64,000 bases of DNA from the human T2T-CHM13v2.0 reference genome, Homo sapiens. A model generated the notes under the pieces. It had not been told where the DNA came from. It did not search any database and worked only from the letters and a program-made list of their open reading frames with translations. Location: the NCBI RefSeq assembly GCF_009914755.1, contig NC_060937.1. The stretch is one strand, 5' to 3'. Both the position numbers and the translations under genes were made by a program. Below, one piece after another: positions 1 to 12,647 of this stretch (positions within the stretch are counted from its first letter, which is position 1; each line of letters starts with the position of its first letter).

Positions 1-79
1 GAAGGAAGGAGGGAGGGAAGGAAGAAAGGAAGAAAACCTTCTGGTGACCTCTCAGAATTAAATTTAAAAACCTAGTGGG

Positions 80-502
80 ATGCTGCTTCTCCCTTGCTTT
101 CTGTGTCCCGGCCACATTGGACTCCTTTCTGTTCCTTTGGCTCTCAAAGCAGGCTTTGCCCCAGGACTATAACAGGATTTTGCCCCACTGACACATGGCA
201 AACTCACCTGATTCAGGTCTTTGCTCAAATGTCACCCTCTCAGCTCAAGGCAGGGTACCTTGAGTACTCTGGCTCTGTTAGTGCCACTTTCCATAGCTTT
301 ATTTTGCTTGATAGCATTTACCACTACCTGACATACTATTATACTTTTGCCTAATTATTGATAATCTGTCTCCACCCAACAGAATGTTTGTTTCATTAGA
401 GCAGAGATTGTGTCTCCTTAGCCTTCTCTTCCATCCTCAGCACTGGAAATGACACGAGACACGTAATGAACACTCAATAAATATTGGTGAATGAATGAAT
501 GA
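80..502 (+). mobile_element. L2 LINE 3' end
   Basis: Ends in the typical L2 terminus CACTCAATAAATATTGGTGAATGAATGAAT. 5' limit approximate. Confidence 0.7.
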
Positions 503-1029
503 TGTGATAGGCTAACCAAACCTTCACTTTCTTGGAGGCAGCCTACTCCCTTCTCATGACAGTTGCTGAAGTTATGCTGAGAACAGTGGTGATTGTAACT
601 ATGGAAAATGTTTAGGGTGTCAGGGTCAACTTTTTTCTCCTTTGGTTATTTGTCCAATGCAGGGCACCTGCTTAGCTACTTTTATCTCCATGTTCTTGGC
701 TATCTACTTGTAGGAAATAGATACCCATGTAAGAGAATGCAAAAGTCTCTTGGAGGAACCAAGGAGCCTTATGTATCCAAGTTAGCATGTACTGAGTGCA
801 GGGTGCTCTTAAGATCTCTGCTTGGACACTAGAAATAGAAAAAAATATGTATGAAGAAGTTTGGATAAATGCTTCATTTGAAAGTTATATACCTTAGTAT
901 TTGCTTTCCCATTCTCATGCCACTTATGAAGGGTGAAGTTGGCTTCATTGACAGCTAATACTGTTGAAGTCTATTGTAAAATCAGTTCATTAGGTTAGTG
1001 TCTATTGAGCAACTACTATGTGTATGTGT

Positions 1030-1185
1030 TGTGTTGGGAGTAGTGCAAGATGAGGCTGGAGGAGAAAACTGGGGCCGAATCACCCAGGTCTGCAAGTCTC
1101 ATTGGAACTTGGACTTGCTCCTCAGTGCAATGTGAAACCTTTGAAAAATTTTAGCAAAGGAATGATGTGGTCAGATTTGTATTTT
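1030..1185 (-). mobile_element. L2 fragment, interrupted by an L1 and resuming at ~2461
   Basis: GATGAGGCTGGAG...GGAATGATGTGGTCAGATTTGTATTTTTAAAA, continuing as GATCACTG after the L1. Confidence 0.6.
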
Positions 1186-2459
1186 TAAAATAACAGCTTT
1201 ATTGAAATATTAGCATACCATGTAATTCACACATTTGAAGTATACAATTCAATCAAATTAGTATACTCATACAGCAGTATAACTATCACTACTACATTCC
1301 ATTTTAGAACATTTCATCATCCCCAAAAAGAAACCCTGTACCAATTAGTCATTCCCAATGTCTCTCCAGTTCCCCAGCCCAAGGCAACCACTTATTTACT
1401 TTCTGTCTCTATAGATTTACCTGTTCTGGACATTGCTTTGCAACTGGCTTTTCCCACTTACTGTAAAGTCTTCAAAGGGTCATTCATGTCGTAGCATTTC
1501 AATTCTTTTTATTGCCAAAAAATATTTCATTGTATAGATATATCACATGTAGTTTATTCATCACTTGGCGGATAGTTAGGTTGTTTTTACTTCTTGGCTA
1601 CTATGAATTATACTTCTATAAACATTCATCTACAAATTTTTGTGTGGACATATGTTTTCATTTCTCTTGGGTATATACCTAGGAGTGGAATTGCTGGGGT
1701 ATATGGTCACTCTATGGTTAACCTTCTAAAACAGAACTGCCAGACTGTTTTTCTAAGTGGCTACACCACTTTACATTTCATACATTACACCCCATACATT
1801 TCCACTAGCAATGTGTGAGGGTCCCAGTTCCACCACATCCTTGCCAAAACTTTCCTTTTTTAAGTCATAGCCATCCTAGTGGGTATAAAGTGGTATTTCA
1901 CTGTGGTTTTGATTTGCATTTCCCTGATGATTAAAGATGTTGAACAACTTTTCATGTGTTTGTTAGCTACAAATAACCAGAATATCTTCCTTGGGAAATA
2001 TCTGTTCAAATCCTTTGCCCGTTTTTAAATTGGGTTGCTTGTCTTTTATCACTGAGTTGTAGCAATTCTTTATATAGTCTTAATGTCAGTATCTTATCAG
2101 ATACATGATTTGCAAAAAATTTTTTCTAATTCATTGGGCTGTCTTTTCACTTGATGGTATTGTTTGTAGCACAGAAATTTTAAATTTTGATGAAGCCCAG
2201 TTTATCTACTTTTTTTTGTTGTTGCTTATGGGGTCATATCTAAGAAGCCATTGTCTAATCTGAGATCATGAAGATTTACTCCTATGTTTTCCCTTACAAG
2301 TTTTATAGCTTGGCTCTTACCTGTAGTCTTTCATCTCCTTTTAGTTAGTTTTTGTATATGTTACAAGATAAAGGTCCAGTTTCATGCTTTTGCACATGGA
2401 TATTCAGTTTTTCCAGCACCATTTGTTGAAGAGACAGTCTTTTCCTTTTTGAGTGGTCT
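1186..2459 (-). mobile_element. L1M (L1MB-like) 3' UTR and ORF2 end, 5'-truncated
   Basis: Starts AACAGCTTTATTGAAATA. Contains GGGTATATACCTAGGAGTGGAATTGCTGG, TTTGATTTGCATTTCCCTGATGA and CCAGCACCATTTGTTGAAGAGAC. Confidence 0.9.
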
Positions 2460-2549
2460 TGGCCAGATGTATATTTTTAAAAGATCACTGTCAGCAGGGT
2501 GTGAAGGGTTTAAAGGAGGAGCGATGAGAATAGAAGTGGGGAGATCAAT

Positions 2550-2700
2550 TTGAAAAATATTTATGTAGCTCTTATTACGTGTAAAACATTGTTCCAGGCA
2601 CTGGAACTATGATCATAAACAAGTCAGACATAGCCCTGGCCTCATGGAGCTTACATTCTGGCACTGAGGATGAGGGATACAAACCTAACAGGAAAGAGGA
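2550..2700 (-). mobile_element. L2 3' end fragment
   Basis: AAATATTTAT...CCAGGCACTGG...CCCTGGCCTCATGGAGCTTACATTCT. Confidence 0.6.
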
Positions 2701-5286
2701 AAAAGAAGCAAATGCAGTGATGACAAGTTGTGAGAGAAGAAACAGTGATGTGCAGTGTATAAGTTATAGGACTACTGAATATATAAAGCATGAATTGCTT
2801 ATTTAGTTTTTTCCTTTAATTTCAAAGGGCCAAACATACCGACTCAGAGGCAGGTTGGCTAGAGTGGAGTTAGGAAAATACTCTTTCTGGAAAGAAAGGT
2901 GACTTTAATCATTGCTGCCTATACATGCCACTATCACCAGTGAGTCTTCACTTAATGTGCATATCCACCTGCTGGCAGCATTGCCAGAGTGACTGTCTGA
3001 AAGAATGGCCGCTTGTTCATTCGTTCATTCATTCATCAGATTATGGTAGCATGGATTACAGAGGTGAAGAGAAATGAAGAGATTTGAGGGTGGTCTAGAT
3101 GTAAAATTGGGAGGATTTGTAGTCACATATGAAAGGTAATAGTAAGGAAGAAGGAGCTATTGAGAATGGGATCAGAGATTTGGGATTTTGGTAGTTATGA
3201 TAGCCATTGAGTGCTGAGAATGGGTTAGGCTCTCTATTGAGCTCTGTCCAGGCATTATTCCATATGATCCTGAAAAAACTAAAAAAAAAAAAAAAAACAC
3301 CAAGGTAGGCACTACCACTACCAGCAGCAGCAGACAAAACCAAAGCTTAGGGGAGGTCAAGTCACTTACCCTAGATCACAAAACTATGAAACTGGGTAAG
3401 TGGTGGTGCCATGTGCTACTTTAATGTACTTCTTTTACTTTGTTGAGCTCTTCTTTTCAAAAAGCATCTAAAGATTGAATGAAGAAATATACAACAATTC
3501 TAACTAAATGTTTAATGAAGAAATTTTGAAGGGAAAAAATAGACCAAAACCACTTTCTTATAATCTCACCGACTGTGTATAATGAATGGCTGTCCTTTGG
3601 TGGATATGTTTCCTTTTCGAGAGATCAACCCTCATCTGAATGCCTCCCTCAGTATAGCTGCTGCTGGTCTTGTAGTATGTGCTTGGTTGTGCAGTTCCTG
3701 TGGTCTGGCATGTACCTAATGCACACAGATTGGATTGAAGATTGAAGTTAACCTCGCTTATCGATGGCATTTTAATTTCCTTCCTCTTACTACATTATGT
3801 GTTTTTTATGATAGTGCTTTAAAGTCCAGGCTTATAAGGAAAAGGAAACAATCTCCTATGCAAGTCCCCAGGGTTTCAGTGAAGCAGATGGCAGGAAGGG
3901 TCTGGGCATGGTGTGTGTTGCCTGTTTCAAAATTATGTCCCATGCACCCCAGCATTTATTCCCTTGATGTTGGCACTGGGCAGGTGATCAGATTTTAATT
4001 TGTGTGGCGTGGTGGCCTTTTAGAGTAGGATAATAACATTGGGAAAATTAGGTTAAGATCAATTTGTCATTTATTTTGTCGTAATAAAATAGAGTAAATC
4101 TTTCAAAACAGATTTACGTAAGTTCCTTGAATTGGAGGAAGCCTCAAATCTAAAACTTCATTAAGCAACATCTTAATATCACAGAGACTCGGGGTCAGAA
4201 AAAATTTAAATGACATATAAATTAGTAGAGTTTTTCGTTTGCTATTCATTTTTTTTCCCGTTTTATTGCCCTGGTATTCTGAGTCTCTTGGTTCATTCTT
4301 ACGTGTGTATCATTTTGGTTTGGGTTATGAGTGCTCACTGGCATACTGGTATACAACACTGAGAGCCAGTAGGCTGTTATTTTGCTGCCATTCTATTGTG
4401 TCTAGAGAAGTATCCAGGGAGAGGGTTGTTTGTTTTTACTTGATGAGGTGCAGAAGTTGGGACTGTACTGAAAAACAGAATGCTAAAGAGCCAGCTCCAA
4501 TCTAGGAAACATCCTCCAAGAGCACCCCCTGAGACAGAGTGTGAATCACAGAAAGGAAATTAGATTTTTTTAGCCCCAAATAAGAAAGATTAAAACACCA
4601 GTAAATTGTTTTACATTGATTTTACTAAGGTTAGTTAGAAGTAAAGGCTTACAAACACGTACTGTTTATTTAGTGATAGATGAAACTTAGAGGCGTTTCT
4701 TCTGTTGTAATTGGTTGGCTCTTTGCATTGATTAGAACTAGGTAGACAAGTTGGTACAAAAATGGCAGGAGTGGAAGGGAATGGGCCCCTGTTGATGTGT
4801 AAGAACATACGCGTGCATGTGGGGACACCAGTGGCATTTTCTGCATGTTTCGGGGTTTCAGAAGACTTGCCTTGTTCTGCACCTCTAAATTAGACCTACT
4901 GTGAAAAACTTACAGGTCAGTTTCTGGGAGTGCTTTTCTTCCTGGACTTTCCCAGGTGAGCACTTAGATCCTGTGAATCCATCTCCGTGTCGGAAACTTC
5001 CGTGATCCGGCTCTATGCTTTAATTTTGAATGTCTTGCTATTTCATTTCTTTGAAAATAAAGCAGTTCCACAACATTACAGCCCTGTGCTGTCTACTCAT
5101 TCTCCTTTGGGGATTGCTTGTTTTAATTGATTGATTCACAGAGGAGAAAGAAAAACAATTTGTTGCTTTGGCAAGATTGGTTTTTCTAAGGATGCTACTG
5201 TCTTGCTGGGTCTATGTGGCAGTTAGTAAGAGAAGCTGGCTTAGCAGTTCTGAGGCTGACATGAACATTGCTTCTTAAATTGAAAG

Positions 5287-5385
5287 GTTGGGTGGGTGGA
5301 TGGGTGGATGGGTGGATGGGTGGATGGGTGGATGGATGGATGGATGGATGGATGGATGATGGAGATAGATAAGATAGATAGATAC
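5287..5385. repeat. Compound (GGGT/GGAT)n-(GATA)n microsatellite
   Basis: Directly visible. Confidence 0.95.
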
Positions 5386-6014
5386 TTGCAGCAAGCATTC
5401 CCAGAACATTTGTTACTCACCTCACTAAAATTAAGCTGTTGTTATTTTGAGATGAGATGGCAGATAAGGTAGATTCAATCATTTAACATCCATTCCAATC
5501 TCCCGTCTGTGTCTTTTCCTGTCCTGCTGATACTAGAAAGCTGAAAAATCATCCCCTGGCAGCAAGGGTTCTGAAAATGACTAGCCTGTCAGAATCACTT
5601 ATGTAAGACTTGAACACAGAGCAGAATTAAGTGGGTAGAGGGATGGTGTGGTCCAGACATCAGCTTGCTGGCCTGACTGGCAGGCGAGCTGTGCCCAGAG
5701 CTGGCATCGCTGTGGGGCCCCCATGGTGGCCCCTGTAGCCCATGCTTGGAGGCAATGTAAGGATGGGGCTCTGGTGGGGCCTCTGGTGGCTCCTGTGTCC
5801 TGTGCTTGGAGACAGTGGTATGAGGACAGGTTTCCTCATGTAGCATCCCCTCTGTGCTGGTGTCTGGGTCTTGGGGGTCATCCTGGAGGCACAGCTCAGA
5901 GGCTATTCTTCAAGTCTCTCTCCTGGTTTTATAAGCTCCGAATTCTTGTATAAAGTTACCTTCTAGTTAAAATACCCAGCATGATTTCTGTTATCTGCAC
6001 ATGACCTCCGATAA

Positions 6015-6322
<308 letters not shown>

Positions 6323-6822
6323 ACATGACCTCTGATAAATGTATACTTCTATGGGACAAATTTTCAGAGTTGGCAAAGAAAATAGGTTCATCTTTATGGA
6401 CCTTGGGATCTCCGTGTGAAACTCTCACCTTCCCTCAGGTCGTCCACTCATCTCACACGTGGCCTCTTCCCTTACACAGGAAGGCAACTCTGGGACGTTT
6501 GCTGATGATGGCTCATCGTGCCCACCCCTCAGGTGTGAAACCTCAGAACCATGTGCATTTCTCCTCATCCTCGTCCCCTTTAACCATTCTCCAGTTCTTA
6601 CTTCCTGATGCTTGCTTCTTTTGAGTCTAACTTTTCATTCAGCCTTCAGCAATCCCTGTGCTACGACAGCCTCTGCTAAGAACTTCATGCAACTTGTCTT
6701 ATTATAGCCTCATAAAAACCCTGTGGGAGGAAGGTTAGATGCCATGTCCCAAGGCTGAACGTAGTGCTGGACTGGGCAGAGAGGCCTCAGCTCTGACTGG
6801 TCTGAGCTGTGGGAGCTTTAGC

Positions 6823-7064
6823 TTTTTTTTTTTTTTTTTTTCCTGACACAGAGTCTTACTCTGTCATCCAGGCTGGAGTGCAGTGATGCAATCTGTACCT
6901 CGAACTCCTAGGCTCAAGTGATCCTCCCACCTCAGCCTCCCGAATAGCTGTGGCTACAGGCTCATGCCACCACAAATGGCTCATTATTATTATTATTATT
7001 ATTTGGTAGGGATAAGGGTCTTGCTGTGTTTCTCAGGTTGGTCTCAAACTCCTGACTTCAAGTG
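6823..7064 (-). mobile_element. AluJ-like SINE (partial)
   Basis: Poly-T, GTCTTACTCTGTCATCCAGGCTGG, GGCTCAAGTGATCCTCCCACCTCAGCC. Confidence 0.88.
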
Positions 7065-7065
7065 A

Positions 7066-8050
7066 GCTTTTTTTTTTTTCAATAACAGTTTTGTTGAGTT
7101 ACAGTCCATATACTAAATAACTCAGCCACTTAGATGTACAGTTCAGTGGTTTTTAATATAGTCACAGATATGAACAGCCATCATCACACTAAATTAAGGA
7201 ACATTTTCATCACCTCTAGGAGAAAGCTTGTGTTTGTCTGTTTTTGCTATGGTTGCCTGACTCTGAGGTCTTACTCAAAAATCTTTGCCCAGACCAGTGT
7301 CCTGAAGCATTTCCCCAATGTTTTCTTCCAGCAGTTTCACAGTTTCAGGTTTAACATTTACATCTTTAATCCATTTTGACTTGAATGCTGAGAGATAGGC
7401 CCGAGTATGTACAGCTGTTATGTATCAGGTTTTTAAAACAGGTAACCTGGTACACTTGAACAGCCCTAGCCCCCTGCCCTAAGCAGCCACTTACCTACTT
7501 CCCATTTCTATAGATTTGCTTGTCCTTCCCATTTCTTGTAAATGGAATCATACATCATGCAGTCTTGCATGTGTCTGTCTTCTTCCACTTACGACAGTGT
7601 TTTCAAGGTTCATCCACATCCATGTATGTGTGCTTCATTCTGTTGTATGATTGAATAATATTCCATTGTATGGATATACCACATTTTGTTTATCCATTCA
7701 TCAGTTGATGGACATTTAGGCTATTTCCACCTTTTATTGTCTATGATAAATAATGCTGCTATGAACACGCATGTACAAGTTTTTGCAAGGATATGTGTTT
7801 TCATTTTTTCCTGGGTATATGCCCAGGAGTGAAATCACTGGCTGAATGGTAACTGTATGTTTAACCTCTTGAGGAACCATGAAACTGTTTTCCCCAGTGG
7901 CTGCCTTATTTTACACTCTCACCAGCAGTGTGGAAAGGTTCTAATTCCTCTACATCCTTGCCAATGCTGGTATGTGACTTTTTGATATTATGTGATGTCA
8001 TGTGACTTCTCGCTTATAGCCATCCTAGTGGGTATGCAGTGGTATCTCAG
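7066..8050 (-). mobile_element. L1M (L1MB-like) 3' UTR with an internal L1 ORF2-end segment
   Basis: AATAACAGTTTTGTTGAG..., TTCCATTGTATGGATATACCACATTTTGTTTATCCATTCATCAGTTGATGGACATTT, ATAGCCATCCTAGTGGGT. Confidence 0.88.
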
Positions 8051-8639
8051 TGTGGGAGCCGTGGCTCTGAACCCCATTGCAGTAATACCCTCTGCTCCTT
8101 AGTAGCCTCCTCAGTTCAATTTCCCCTTCTTCCTTGATGGCAGTAGCTGATCCCTTTTGTTTCCAGGGCCTTCATCAATAGATTGCTACCTAAGAGGGTT
8201 ACTAAAGTACTGTTTGGTCCCAAGACTTCCTTGAACAAGGCCATCAGGAAGTTCCCCATTCCCTATAGGGTGCTGCCTGCATTTTGCTGGGGTTACAGGT
8301 ACCCCATTATTGGCCTCAGCCTTGCATTCTGCTTTTCTCTCAGGCAGACTTTCTGACCAATGAGACTGGTATATGTTTTGCATCCTGTACATGCTATGTA
8401 TTTTGACACTTCTCTTTCTTGATCCCCTTTCTACCCATATCATCCAGAAGGGACTTTGGTGCTGCTACAGAATTTATTATTAGTAACACACACTTGGCAC
8501 TAATTCATTGCTGTATGTTAGTTGTCTATTTTGACTTTTGTCTGTGTGTACCAAAAATGCATATAACTTATAAAAGCCACAATAAAATAAGTATTTTTTT
8601 CTAATTCCCTGGCTAAGACACTCAGTCTTTTCAAGATCC

Positions 8640-9480
8640 CTGTGTACCTAAGATCATATCCTCCTTTCTATCCCACAAAGGTAACTAATTTTATTAATTT
8701 TATCATTCACTTGTGTTTCTTCATAGTTTCTATAATGAATCAAATTGCTTATTTGCTCCATAATCAAGTATATGAAATTTGAATGGAATTGTAGTCTATT
8801 ATTTTCTGCATTATGGGTTATTTTGTTCAAGGTTACTTGAGTTTACTCCGTGTTAATTCCTGTAGGTGGAGTGTATTCATTCTCACTGCTACATAAAGTT
8901 CCATTGTATGAATTTTACCTCAACTTACTTTATTATTCTCCTGGTGATAGACATTTGGCTTCTTGCCAGATTTCAAGTGTTACATATGATGTGGCTACAA
9001 AAATAGTAAATGTCTTGGGCAAATTTGTTTTTGGACATAATACTTGGGAGTAGAATTGCTTAGTAGTGGGGAGTGGGCATTTTTAACTTCACTAAATAAT
9101 GCAAACTTATATTCTTAAGTGAATTACCAGGAGTTTATAAAAATTTCCTTAGATCTACATTCTTGCCAAGACTTGTATTTTCAATTTATTTTAATCTTTA
9201 CCAGCCTCGTGAATATTAAATGCTATCTCCTTTCTCTAACTTTATACTTTTCTTCTTGTTAAGGAGATGACATTCCTTATCTTTAGCAATGTGTTTTTGC
9301 CTTAGAGGCTCTTATTTGATATTCAGTTGGCTACAGTGAGTTTCTTGTAGTTAGAATTTGCCTGGCAGATCTTTTACCTCCTTTTACTTTTGGCTTTTCT
9401 GTATTGATTTTAAACATCATCTAGCCAGATTTTGTTTGTTTTCTGTTTTTAACTGCATTGAAGCTGGATAATTCAGTTCA
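8640..9480 (-). mobile_element. Old, diverged L1M (L1ME/MC-like) fragments
   Basis: TTCCATTGTATGAAT, GATAGACATTTGG and GGAGTAGAATTGCT motifs in T-rich sequence. Confidence 0.6.
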
Positions 9481-9560
9481 TTTGCACAGAGGCTGTAGCG
9501 ATTGTTAGCTGTTGTTTGGGGTAGGTGAAAAATGGGAGAGAGGAGTTTGCTTGCAGCCAT

Positions 9561-10075
9561 TGTTCTGGGCAGCATTCCAGTCCAAGATGGCGCCAGGATT
9601 TCTCACCCTCTGGGGCACTCCCTCCACGTAACCCCCGAGACTGCAGCTGGAATGAGTTTTACTTCCATGACGAGCTGACTTTAGGAAAGGGAGATTATCT
9701 GAGCAGGCCTGACCTATCACATGAGCCGTTTAAATCTGGGTGGAGAGAACAGAGATAGGGGAAGCCAGGGAGATTTCAAATAGGAGTAGGATTTGATGGA
9801 CCGTGGCTGGTTTGAAGATGGAGGAGAATGCGTGGCCAGGAAGTAGGTAACCTCTAGGTGCTGGGAGTGGCCCCCAAATGGCATCCAGCATGAAAATGGG
9901 GCCCTCAGTCCTACAGCTCTAAGGAACTGAATTCTGTCACAGCCATGTGAGTTTGGAAGAGGATCTTGAGCTCCAGATGAGAACACAGCCTGGCTGATAC
10001 CTTGATTTTACACTTGGGAGACCCTGAGAAGAAAACCAGTTATAATTTGTCATGCAGCAATAGAAAACTAATGCA
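9561..10075 (+). mobile_element. MaLR solo LTR (MLT1E-like)
   Basis: TG start, AAGGGAGATTATCTG, GCTGGTTTGAAGATGGAGG, AAGGAACTGAATTCTG. Ends GCAGCAATAGAAAACTAATGCA. Confidence 0.85.
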
Positions 10076-12207
10076 TTCATGTGGCATCTGGGAGGGCTCT
10101 GTGCCCATGATCAGGAACTTCCAGAAGGTAATTGGGCATAAATACCCAGCACTCCAGAGAAAGATTCAGCCTGGGGATGGATTCACCATCACTGTCACTA
10201 ACAAGCGGTAGAAATGGGATGTGTGGGTGAGGTCAGTCAGAGAGAGTGAACAGGCAGGGAGAGGCTGAACAGGGAAGCCTGGACAACATTTCCCAATGTT
10301 GAATTGTGAATGATGGCCTGAGGGCCTGAAAATTGATAGCTCAAGGCACTGTGAGTTATAAAAACTGTAAGTTTTATCTCCTTGATGAGTTATAACTCCC
10401 TTATGAGCTGAGAGCCCATTATATACTGACTGTTTTCAAAAATACCCAGTGGCCTCATCTCATATTATTTCTCCATTTTAAAAATTCACATTGACTTCTT
10501 TGGGCTCCACAGCACATGCAGGCTGCTGTCTAGTCCTTGGGTCATTTCCTGGGAGTAAGGAAGAGAAATAAATCCCTTCCAGTAGGAATATCTTATGGTA
10601 GGCATGGAAAAGTAGAAGAAAATGAGGTATCTGTTTTTATGATGTCCTAGGCCCATTGACCACATCTTGGGCCCACAAAGGGTGTAGACAATTGAGTGAG
10701 AACAATCAGTATAAAGTCTAGATTAATTTTATCCTATACCAGTTCAGGAAACCATTGCCTCTTCCGGTTCCTAGGTGTCTTCAATAAAAAAGAGTTATCA
10801 GAGTAAACAAGTGATTGAAATACTATGTGTCAGACCTTCTGCTAGGACCTGTAGAGTAAATGTCACCCTAGATAGGCAGATTTCCTGTCCTCCCAGAGTC
10901 TGTCATCTATCAGGAAGTGTAGCCTTTAAACAAGCGCTCTGAAGAAGCTGTGATAAATGCTGGGTTCTCCATTATTGTCATCTCTGAAGGCCATTGGTAA
11001 CCTGGAGGAATATTCTCCCACTAACAGGAGAAAGCACAGGATCAAAAAGAAAAACTTCCCTTCATTCTTCCAGTTTCTCTTAATCATTTTGCCTTTTACT
11101 TCCTGTCCTCTGTGAGCACGTGTCTGTACTGTTAAGTACAAATGGACCCAGAGGTTTCAGGCAAAGCCTGAGTGAGGCGCTGCATGCCTGTCTTGCAGGT
11201 CAGGGCTAGGAATGGTGACAGGGCTAGGAATTGACCATTGCTCCATTAAAGTGGACCAAAGTGGAATCTGAGTCCTTTTCAGGCCCTAGGTTCAGTCTGT
11301 GCTGACTCTGACCCTCTGAGATGACTATTCCCAAACCTGAGGGACCGAAGATCAGCATCAAGGACAACAGACAGGGGTGCTGGGGTGCAGATGTAAGTGA
11401 GCTGGGTCTTCTGGAGCGCTGGTCACTGCATGCTGTGGGTATAAAATGGCTGTCTAGTGGAGGCAGCCAGGCTGCTGGGAATGACTCCAGGTAGACCAGA
11501 CACATGATTCTTCTGTGCCTTCAACCCGATGCTTTCAAGTGGCGTGCCTTAGCTGTGGACATTCTGACCCTGCCTTGTTGAATGCTTTTTGTATTTTTGC
11601 TCAGAGAGAGAAATCAGAGTGATTTCTTTTTTGTCTTATAGATCAATCTTGTAGCTTTTAAGGCAGCTCTCCATAAGGACCACAAAAGATCAGTCTGATA
11701 GCTAGATGTCACATGCTGTGGCAGAAACACTCCTACCAGCATACACTCATTCTGTACTAGGAACTATAGTAGGAGTTTTATTTGTGTTATTTATTTCATT
11801 CACATGGCAACACCATTTTCCTGGTAAGATGACTGAAGCTCAGAAAGGATAGGTAACTCAAATACCATTGCTAAATATGTTTACCTTTAGTATGTAGATA
11901 GACACGCATTCAGAAGAAAACGAAGGTGAAATATTTTGGACCCGTTTGTTTCGAATGCATCAGTGGTGTTTATTATTTAAAGAAATTCTTTAAAGAGAAT
12001 GATTTTGTAAAGAGGATAATTTTCTAATTTGTGTCAAGCAGGTTGTAATGTTTTGTACAAGTACCTGAACTAGGGTACCCTTGCTGAGAAGGTAGTAAAG
12101 TGTGGCTATAGCTACATGTAAATGTAACTCAATGTGTCAGGTGTCCCTGTAACTAAAGGCGCAAAAGTGTGAAAAGAATGGCAAGTGAAGGGCACCTGGA
12201 CGGTGGG

Positions 12208-12647
12208 CATGTTCGTTTCCTGTTGCCACTGCAACAGATTACCACAAAGGTAGTGGCTTAAAACAACAGTAAGTTATTCTCTTAGGTTCTGTGGGCTCTG
12301 GGGAGAATGTGTCCTTGCCTTTTCAGCTCCTAGTAGATGCTGGATTCTGATGGCTTTTTAAAAATGATAAATTCCTCGGCTTGTGGCCCCTTCTCTCATT
12401 TTCAAAATGTATCCCTTCATTCTCTGCTTCTGTTGTCACATTGCTTTCTCCAATCCTGCAGTGAAATCTCTCTCTCTCTGTGGACACTTGGAATTCCATT
12501 TAGCGCCCACCCAATCTCAGATCATCTCCCCACTTCAAGATCCTTTACTATACCTGCACATTTCCTTTTTGCCACCTAAAGTAACATTTATAGGTTTCAG
12601 GGATTAGGGTGTGGACATCTTTGGGGGCTGTTATTCAGCCTACTACA
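12208..12647 (-). mobile_element. MaLR solo LTR (MLT1C/D-like), internally deleted
   Basis: TTACCACAAA..GTGGCTTAAAACAACA at one end, and GGGATTAGGGTGTGGACATCTTTGGGGG..TTATTCAGCCTACTACA at the other. Confidence 0.85.
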
